From an uncultured Eubacteriales bacterium (GTDB taxonomy: Bacteria > Acidobacteriota > Aminicenantia > Aminicenantales > Aminicenantaceae): a DNA stretch of 64,000 nt. The notes below the pieces were generated by a model, which was not told the DNA's origin, searched no databases, and saw nothing but the letters and a program-made list of their open reading frames with translations. How positions within the stretch are numbered: position 1 is the first letter of the stretch; each line of letters opens with the position of its first letter. Positions 57,258 through 64,000 of this stretch are shown in pieces. The translations under genes and the position numbers were made by a program. The stretch lies in assembly GCA_964624145.1 (NCBI GenBank), contig CAZUXT010000009.1, positions 12,269 to 76,268 of the forward strand, written 5' to 3'.

Positions 57258-57878
57258 ATGAATAAAAGACAGGATTCGGCAAAACAAAGGATTTTAAAAA
57301 GCGCTGTAGAGGAATTTGCAAAACACGGATTCTGGGGAGCCCGTGCCAGCCGCATTGCTAATGGAGCGGGTATCAATAAGGCCATGATTTTTTATTATTT
57401 CTCATCAAAGGAAAACCTGTACCGGGTGATCATAGAAGATACCCTGAGAGACCTTCTTGAAGATGTCCAGAAAACCATAATTAAGACAGATGATCCGGAG
57501 AAACTATTTGAAGTGCTTCCTGAGGTATACATAAGATTTTTCAGTAAAAATCGGTTCCTGGCAAAAATTATTATCCATGATTTGGTGCAGAATCCGGATC
57601 ATATTTCCGCAATCATAGCGGAGATATTCAAGCACGCTTCTTATAAGCCCCAAATCATATTCAGGGAAATGGTGCGTGACTGGTATGAAAAGGGCATTAT
57701 TTCTGAATCAGATCCGGTTCATGTCATTTTGAACATCATGCCTCCATCACTTTTTTGTTTCATAGGTCTTCCTATGGTGGAGGCTGTTTTGGATAGAAAG
57801 ATAGACATAAATGATCAGTTTATTGAAGACAGGATAAAAAGCGTGGTTAATCTCATAAAGAGAGGTATGCTAAAATGA
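57258..57878 (+). CDS. TetR/AcrR family regulator
   Basis: ILKSAVEEFAKHGF...IANGAGINKAMIFYYFSSKENLY. Confidence 0.94.
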   Translation: MNKRQDSAKQRILKSAVEEFAKHGFWGARASRIANGAGINKAMIFYYFSSKENLYRVIIEDTLRDLLEDVQKTIIKTDDPEKLFEVLPEVYIRFFSKNRFLAKIIIHDLVQNPDHISAIIAEIFKHASYKPQIIFREMVRDWYEKGIISESDPVHVILNIMPPSLFCFIGLPMVEAVLDRKIDINDQFIEDRIKSVVNLIKRGMLK

Positions 57879-59194
57879 AAAAAATAATCTCTTTTTTATC
57901 AATTTTTCTTCTTTTATTTCTGTTTATGGATGCGTTTGAAAAAACAAGTCTCAAACAGGCGGTTGAAGACGGATTAAAGATGAGCGGTTCTTATAAAAAC
58001 CGGTTTCTTTCGGAAAAAGAAGCCGGGCTGCGGGTAGAGCAGTCTTTAAAGGATAAGCTGTTCAGTTTGGATTTCAACGCTAACTATTTGTATAGATCCG
58101 ATATAATGACCATTGAATTTCCAGGAGTTGTTATACCGGGATTGATCTCAGTGCCCGGACAGAGTTATGAGGCAGGACTCTATCATAATTATGACCTTTC
58201 CATTTCCCTCAGCCAGCCGCTGTTCATGGGAGGGATCCTTTCCCGCAGAGTGGAAATGGAGAAGGTACGGGAAGCTGTAGAAGCGAACCAGACTGATCTG
58301 GAAAGAGATTCTTTAGTAGACCTCATCAAGTCTTCTTTTTATGATTATCAAATACTCATAAGCCAGAAAAAAGCTGTTTTGAGCCTGAGACAGGCTCTTG
58401 AGCTCCACAGTCAGAAACTGAGCGACCTTTATACGGAAGGCCTGGTGAAAAAAACTGACCTTTTAGAGACAAAGTCAAGCCTTGAAGAGACGGATATGAA
58501 CATCAATGGATTAGACCAGGCCATTGATAAGGTCAGAATAGATTTTCACAGAATGTGCGGTCATTATCCTGAAGAAATCGATCCGGACTATAAAGAGGCA
58601 GAGCAGAGTGAGGGGCAGGCCCTTGATTACTTTAAAAACAACCATCCGGTGTTAAAGACCATGCAGAACCAGAAAAAAGTCCTTGAGATTCAGAAAAAGA
58701 TCATTTCCGGAAAATATCTCCCCAGTATAAACGGATTTGCAGAACTGCATTACGGAAAACCCGGGATAGATTACTTTGCCAAGGAATGGTCTCTTTATTT
58801 CCAGGGCGGAGTGGTATTGAAAGTGCCTGTTTTCGACTGGAATAAGGGGGCTTGTGAGAAAAATCTCATAGATGTCAGCATCCGAAAACTTGAGAATCAG
58901 AGGGATGACTTTGTAAAGGATGTAGCAAAAACTTTGAGACAGCTTTATTCAGTCAAAGAATCATTGAATCAAAAGAAGGCAAACATTGAGAACATGATCG
59001 CCTACTCTAAAGAAGATGCTGAGCTTAAAAAAGAATTATATGAGGAAAAACAGCTCCCTAATGTGGACTATCTGGCTGCTCTTCAGTCAGAGAAGAAGTA
59101 CGAAGCTATGAAGCACGAACTGTCCCTGCAGATAGAGAAGGTCAATGTAAAGATAAACACTTTAATAAGTCGGACAAAGGAGTATGGGCAATGA
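57875..59194 (+). CDS. TolC family outer-membrane efflux protein
   Basis: Signal peptide; LSQPLFMGG, KVPVFDWNKG; position in the efflux operon. Confidence 0.9.
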   Translation: MKKIISFLSIFLLLFLFMDAFEKTSLKQAVEDGLKMSGSYKNRFLSEKEAGLRVEQSLKDKLFSLDFNANYLYRSDIMTIEFPGVVIPGLISVPGQSYEAGLYHNYDLSISLSQPLFMGGILSRRVEMEKVREAVEANQTDLERDSLVDLIKSSFYDYQILISQKKAVLSLRQALELHSQKLSDLYTEGLVKKTDLLETKSSLEETDMNINGLDQAIDKVRIDFHRMCGHYPEEIDPDYKEAEQSEGQALDYFKNNHPVLKTMQNQKKVLEIQKKIISGKYLPSINGFAELHYGKPGIDYFAKEWSLYFQGGVVLKVPVFDWNKGACEKNLIDVSIRKLENQRDDFVKDVAKTLRQLYSVKESLNQKKANIENMIAYSKEDAELKKELYEEKQLPNVDYLAALQSEKKYEAMKHELSLQIEKVNVKINTLISRTKEYGQ

Positions 59195-60090
59195 AAAAAA
59201 GAGTCATTTTTATATCGGGCTTGATCCTTGTACTGGTTTCAGCTTCGTGTAAAAGCAAGGAGGCTGAACCAATCAAAGCATCCGGAGTCGTGGACGGAGA
59301 TGTCATAACCGTCAAAACTCTGGTGGGAGGCAGTGCGGATAAAGTAAGCATCAGGGAAGGAGCCAGAGTCAGCAAAGGGGATATCTTGGTTGAAGTCAAT
59401 TCTGAAAAGCTTCTGGTCCAAATGCAGGGTTTGGATATCAAGGAAAAACAGCTTCCGGTCAGCAGAAAAAAGTTAGAGAGTAGAAAGGTTTTTTTACGTT
59501 CGAATCTTGATTATTGGGAAAATCAGGTCCAAAAATTTAAAAGGCTCAATCAAAAAGAATCGATCTCAGAAGATGAAGTAAGAAAAGCTGAACTGAAGTT
59601 AGAAGAAGTCAAAACATCTCTGTTTGAAGTCAACCAAACTTTATCCGAGCTTTCCATCCAATCCGAAAGTATAAAAAATCAAAAGGAACAGTTAATGCTT
59701 CAAATACAGGATCATATTGTCACATCTCCTGTTGCAGGAGTCATTCTGGAGAGATTTGTCTCTCAGGGAGAGACCGTTTTTCCGGGCTCAGTAGTGGCAG
59801 ATGTCCTTAATCTGGACAGTCTTTTTATTGAGACGTTTTTAGAGGAAAGAGAGATGAGCGGGCTCCTCCTAGGTCAGGAGGTTTCCATTTTATTGGATGG
59901 TGAACAGACTCCATTCAAAGGTGAGATCATCAACTTTGGAAGGGAAGCTGAATTTTCCCCTAAATATATCATTTCTGAAAAAGAACGAAAATCGCTTCTT
60001 TATAAGGTAAAAATACGTATCAAAGGCCATACGGAAAAATTCAAGCTCGGGATGCCGGTTACGGTCGTCATCAACGGGCCAACAGTATAG
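59191..60090 (+). CDS. HlyD family periplasmic adaptor (YbhG-like), lipoprotein
   Basis: Lipobox SASC; lipoyl halves, coiled coil, AEFSPKY...LYKVKI. Confidence 0.92.
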   Translation: MKKRVIFISGLILVLVSASCKSKEAEPIKASGVVDGDVITVKTLVGGSADKVSIREGARVSKGDILVEVNSEKLLVQMQGLDIKEKQLPVSRKKLESRKVFLRSNLDYWENQVQKFKRLNQKESISEDEVRKAELKLEEVKTSLFEVNQTLSELSIQSESIKNQKEQLMLQIQDHIVTSPVAGVILERFVSQGETVFPGSVVADVLNLDSLFIETFLEEREMSGLLLGQEVSILLDGEQTPFKGEIINFGREAEFSPKYIISEKERKSLLYKVKIRIKGHTEKFKLGMPVTVVINGPTV

Positions 60091-60092
60091 AC

Positions 60093-60992
60093 ATGCTTGC
60101 TGTTAAAAATCTTTTTAAAGCATTCGGCTCTATCAGGGCGGTTGATGGAGTTTCTTTTTCAGCCCGGAGAGGAAAGATCACCATCATAGCCGGTGCAGAC
60201 GGAGCAGGGAAATCAACAATTTTTAAAATCATTCTGGGGCTTATAAGGAAAGACAGAGGAGAAATTTTTATTGATGATTCCCCGATCAACGGAAATTTTT
60301 CCAGAGTGACTGATGTAACAGGATATATGCCGGAGCGCTTCTCTCTTTATACAGACCTTACGGTGGAAGAAAATATGGATTTTTTTGCGGATATCCAGCA
60401 GGTTGAGACAGGAAGGAAAAAGGACTTAAAAAACCGTCTTTTGGAAAGAACTGGAATGCTTCCCTTCAGAAAAAGGCGGGCCGGGGCCTTATCCGGCGGA
60501 ATGAAGCAGAAACTAGCTTTATCCACAATTCTGCTGTCTTCTCCGGAAGTGCTGATCTTAGATGAGCCCACCACCGGAGTCGACCCTCTCTCCAGGATAG
60601 AATTTTTTAAAATAATGGATGATTTAAAGAAAGAGGGGAAAACAATCGTTATGGCTACTCCTTATCTTGATGAAGCTGAAAAAGGAGACTTTATCATTTT
60701 TATCAGGAAGGGAAAAAACATAAAGCAGGGGGGCATAAGAGAAATTAAAGATAATTTTCCGGAAAAGATGTTTCGGATTCTTCCGGCAGGAAATATATTC
60801 GAAACATTAAAGGAACTCAATTCAAAAAAAGGAATCAGAGCTCATTTCTATATAAGGGGACGTTATATAAAATGCCTGTTCTCCGGGGATTCTGATTTTT
60901 TAGCCAGTATCAAGGCCAAGGAGATCAAGGAAGAGAAGCCTTCACTCGAGGATATATACCTTTATTATGAAAGAGGTGTGAAGGATGATTGA
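60093..60992 (+). CDS. ABC transporter ATP-binding protein (YbhF N-half-like)
   Basis: GADGAGKST, LSGGMKQK, ILDEPT. Confidence 0.95.
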   Translation: MLAVKNLFKAFGSIRAVDGVSFSARRGKITIIAGADGAGKSTIFKIILGLIRKDRGEIFIDDSPINGNFSRVTDVTGYMPERFSLYTDLTVEENMDFFADIQQVETGRKKDLKNRLLERTGMLPFRKRRAGALSGGMKQKLALSTILLSSPEVLILDEPTTGVDPLSRIEFFKIMDDLKKEGKTIVMATPYLDEAEKGDFIIFIRKGKNIKQGGIREIKDNFPEKMFRILPAGNIFETLKELNSKKGIRAHFYIRGRYIKCLFSGDSDFLASIKAKEIKEEKPSLEDIYLYYERGVKDD

Positions 60993-61749
60993 ACGCAGCG
61001 AAGACTCCATGGGGAATAAGAATGATATGATTGTTGCCAGGCAGCTCACGAAGAGATTCGGACGTTTTACGGCTGTAGATGCTGTGGACTTTCATATCAA
61101 AAAGGGGGAAATCTTGGGTTTTTTAGGGCCTAACGGCGCAGGAAAGACCACGACCATTAAAATGATGACAGGACTCCTGCGCATAACATCCGGAAATGTC
61201 TGGGTGAAGGGTTACGAAGTGACAAAAAATCTCAAACGGATCAAGAAATTCATCGGGTATATGTCCCAGAAATTTTCCCTTTATCCATTATTGAATGCTT
61301 ATGAAAATATTGAGTTTTGCGGAGGTGTTTCAGGAGTTCCCAGAAAGATCATAAAAGAAAAAAAAGAATTGATCACAGAAGAAATTCCACGGGAAATACT
61401 CACTCAAAGAGTCAAAGATATCCCTCCGGGAATAAGACAGCGCGTGGCCCTTTTTTCATGCCTTATTTCAGATCCGGAGATCATTCTTCTTGATGAGCCC
61501 ACTTCCGGAGTGGACCCGGAAGTGAGAAGAGAGTTCTGGGTAAAAATTTATGACCTGAAGAAAAAAGGCAAAACCATACTTGTGACCACGCATAACCTGG
61601 ATGAGGCGGAGTATGCGGACCGGATACTCATCATCCATAAAGGAAGGATCGTGCTTGAGGGAGAACCTTCTGAATTGATGAGGGCTGAAAAAACCGAATC
61701 CATGGAAAGACTTTTCAGGGAAGCAGTGACAGACCATGAAACGAACTAA
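60985..61749 (+). CDS. ABC transporter ATP-binding protein with degenerate signature (YbhF C-half-like)
   Basis: [13 protein letters not shown] in place of LSGG, LLDEPT, TTH. Confidence 0.93.
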   Translation: MIERSEDSMGNKNDMIVARQLTKRFGRFTAVDAVDFHIKKGEILGFLGPNGAGKTTTIKMMTGLLRITSGNVWVKGYEVTKNLKRIKKFIGYMSQKFSLYPLLNAYENIEFCGGVSGVPRKIIKEKKELITEEIPREILTQRVKDIPPGIRQRVALFSCLISDPEIILLDEPTSGVDPEVRREFWVKIYDLKKKGKTILVTTHNLDEAEYADRILIIHKGRIVLEGEPSELMRAEKTESMERLFREAVTDHETN

Positions 61750-62860
61750 AGCGGTTATACTTAAAGAGGTTTATCACATATTGAGAGACCCTAAAAGTCT
61801 GGTCATCCTTTTTTTGCTTCCTATCATTATGATCCTCATATTCGGATACTCTCTTTCGTTTGACTTAGAGAACATAGAGACCGTGATCATTGATTATTCT
61901 CAAAGCGAGCTTTCAAGGTCACTTGTACGGGAGTTTTCCAATAACCGTTATTATTCCGTAACCCGGATGGTCAGAGGAAAGCAAGGCCAGGATCCTGAGG
62001 AAACCGCTGAAGAAATGCTTAAATCCGGAAGTATCAAACAGTTCATCATCATCCCTCATGACTTCTCGGACCGGATAACAAAGAATCAAACATCAAATTT
62101 GGGTGTTGTCATAGACGGAAGTGATTCCAACATCGCCAACATAGTCCATCAGTACAACGAAATGCTGTTTTATGATTTTATTTCAGAACTAAAGGACATA
62201 AAAGACATTCTTAAAATAAGCACAAAACTGTATTTCAATCCTGAAAATAAAAGCGCCTTTTATATCATTCCCGGGCTTGTGGCGGTGATAATGATTATGA
62301 TATCCGCGCTTCTGACGTCCTTGAGCGTTGCCAGAGAGAAAGAGACGGGCTCTATTGAACTTCTCTTTATATCACCCTTGAAGTCCCATGAGATCGTACT
62401 CGGAAAAACGACCCCTTATGTGCTCATTGCTTTACTGGAAGGGGCTGTGATCCTTACTTTTGCCCGCACCGTATTTCATATACCTTTTAGGGGAAACCTG
62501 TTGATACTGCTGGTTTTTTCTCTCCTTTATATTGTGACCGGACTTTCCCTAGGCATTACCATCTCCACAATGGCATCGACCCAGAAGGTCGCCATGATTG
62601 CCGCGCTTCTTATCACCCTGCTTCCTTCCATCCTTCTTTCCGGATTTATTTTTCCTCTTGATTCGCTGTCATCTATACTGAGAGCCTTTTCTTATATTGT
62701 TCCGGCAACTTATTTTCTGGAAGTTATAAGGGGAGTGATTCTTAAAGGATCGGCCATGAAATATTTTGCGTTTCAAGGCCTGATGCTTTTAGGCTTCAGT
62801 CTGTTGTTTTTGGCTATCGCCTCTGTTAAATTCAGTCAACAAAGAAAGGCACGGAAATGA
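61736..62860 (+). CDS. ABC-2 type permease (YbhS-like)
   Basis: [17 protein letters not shown]...[20 protein letters not shown]. Confidence 0.94.
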   Translation: MKRTKAVILKEVYHILRDPKSLVILFLLPIIMILIFGYSLSFDLENIETVIIDYSQSELSRSLVREFSNNRYYSVTRMVRGKQGQDPEETAEEMLKSGSIKQFIIIPHDFSDRITKNQTSNLGVVIDGSDSNIANIVHQYNEMLFYDFISELKDIKDILKISTKLYFNPENKSAFYIIPGLVAVIMIMISALLTSLSVAREKETGSIELLFISPLKSHEIVLGKTTPYVLIALLEGAVILTFARTVFHIPFRGNLLILLVFSLLYIVTGLSLGITISTMASTQKVAMIAALLITLLPSILLSGFIFPLDSLSSILRAFSYIVPATYFLEVIRGVILKGSAMKYFAFQGLMLLGFSLLFLAIASVKFSQQRKARK

Positions 62861-63960
62861 GAGTCTTTTATCTTTTCAAAAAAGAGCTGATAGAGATCTT
62901 GAGACAAAGGGAAATGCTTGTTCTGATATTTATCGCTCCCATTCTTCAGACTATTGTCCTTGGTTATGTGGTCACCACTGATGTGAAAAACATTCCTGTG
63001 CAGGTTGTCAATCTTTCAGAGAGCAGGGCTGCCTTCAGAATCGTGAACCGTATCAATCATTCATCGCTCTTTGATGTGAGAAAAGTCTCTCGCTCTCCGG
63101 AAGATGCGGTTTCCATTTTCAAGAAAGGCGCATCCAAAGCCATTATTGTTTTACGGGACAGCTTTGAAGCAGGGAACAGGAACATCCGTTACCCGGAGGT
63201 CCAGATTCTCATGGACGGCATCGATGCCAATACGGCCGGTATCGCAGCCGGATATTTTAATGGAATAGTCAGGCATTATATAATGACGGATATCAAACAA
63301 AAAGGTTTTCAGCTCCCATTGGAGAGCCAAATGGTCATACGGTTCAATCCTGATTTGGAAAGCATCAATTATATGGGGCCGGGGATTGTGGCCCTTCTTC
63401 TCACCATGATTTCCGTGTTTTTGACTTCCATAGGGATTGTAAGGGAAAAGGAACAGCAAACCATGGAAACTCTTTTGATTTCCAGGCTGACCCCCATAGA
63501 GATCTTTATCGGCAAAGCGCTTCCTATGGCTCTGTTGGGCCTTATAGAGATGGGAATAGGGATTGTGGTGGTCATTCTGGTTTTTGGCATACAAATAAGG
63601 GGAAGTATTTTGTATCTTTTCATTGCAGCCGTGATTTTTTTATTCGCTACTCTTTCCTATGCTCTTCTCATATCAACTCTGTGCACCAGCCAGCAGCAGG
63701 CGCTGTTTTTTTCATGGTTTTCCCTGGTTACGTTTCTTCTTCTTTCCGGGCTTTTCACTCCGATTGAGAATATTCCGCGAGCTTTCCGGTGGCTTGCGGA
63801 TATAAATCCCCTTAGATATTTGATCCGGATTATCAGGGAGTTGTTCTTAAAGGGAAATGATATTACTTATTTTACAAAAGACCTCTTGATCATGACAGGG
63901 ATCACGGTTGTTATTTTGTCTCTGTCTCTTGTTAACTTTAAGCGCATGGTCTCTAAATGA
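62857..63960 (+). CDS. ABC-2 type permease (YbhR-like)
   Basis: [40 protein letters not shown]. Confidence 0.94.
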   Translation: MRVFYLFKKELIEILRQREMLVLIFIAPILQTIVLGYVVTTDVKNIPVQVVNLSESRAAFRIVNRINHSSLFDVRKVSRSPEDAVSIFKKGASKAIIVLRDSFEAGNRNIRYPEVQILMDGIDANTAGIAAGYFNGIVRHYIMTDIKQKGFQLPLESQMVIRFNPDLESINYMGPGIVALLLTMISVFLTSIGIVREKEQQTMETLLISRLTPIEIFIGKALPMALLGLIEMGIGIVVVILVFGIQIRGSILYLFIAAVIFLFATLSYALLISTLCTSQQQALFFSWFSLVTFLLLSGLFTPIENIPRAFRWLADINPLRYLIRIIRELFLKGNDITYFTKDLLIMTGITVVILSLSLVNFKRMVSK

Positions 63961-64000
63961 CCAGGATTAGAATTTACTTTTGTTTGAGCTTGGAGAGGAA

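Noticed and set aside
828-63623. The many short ORFs (60-175 aa) overlapping long genes on the opposite strand or in other frames
   Set aside because: They lie inside well-supported CDSs, and show no motifs or RBS; treated as shadow ORFs

Overview
Bacterial chromosomal window (moderately AT-rich) with about 46 protein-coding genes and no recognisable rRNA, tRNA, CRISPR array, transposase or phage gene. It is dominated by envelope and exported proteins: many peptidases (S46, M1-HEAT, C1, CPBP, two serine hydrolases, a clan CD-like lipoprotein), a cytochrome c/beta-barrel plus pentaheme cytochrome pair, a PadR-orphan permease pair, a zinc-ribbon Ser/Thr kinase-TPR, GH116, hydantoinase/oxoprolinase B+A, MutY, an FHA-GGDEF cyclase and a TetR-TolC-HlyD-ABC efflux operon. 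The gene styles suggest Candidatus Aminicenantes or a relative of Acidobacteriota (inference only). The strongest unexplained signal is a 19-bp motif (consensus TAGTACTTTTGTCTCATTT) present three times upstream of exported or membrane protein genes; one copy lies directly beside a membrane-spanning beta-propeller-LuxR regulator that has no kinase or receiver domain, which suggests a one-component surface-sensing regulon. Other notable points are a 15-bp direct repeat bracketing a lipoprotein gene, an S41 peptidase missing its catalytic core, a secreted GT-A/DJ-1/propeller fusion and a zupT remnant. All protein family calls come from motif recognition by eye, not from database searches.
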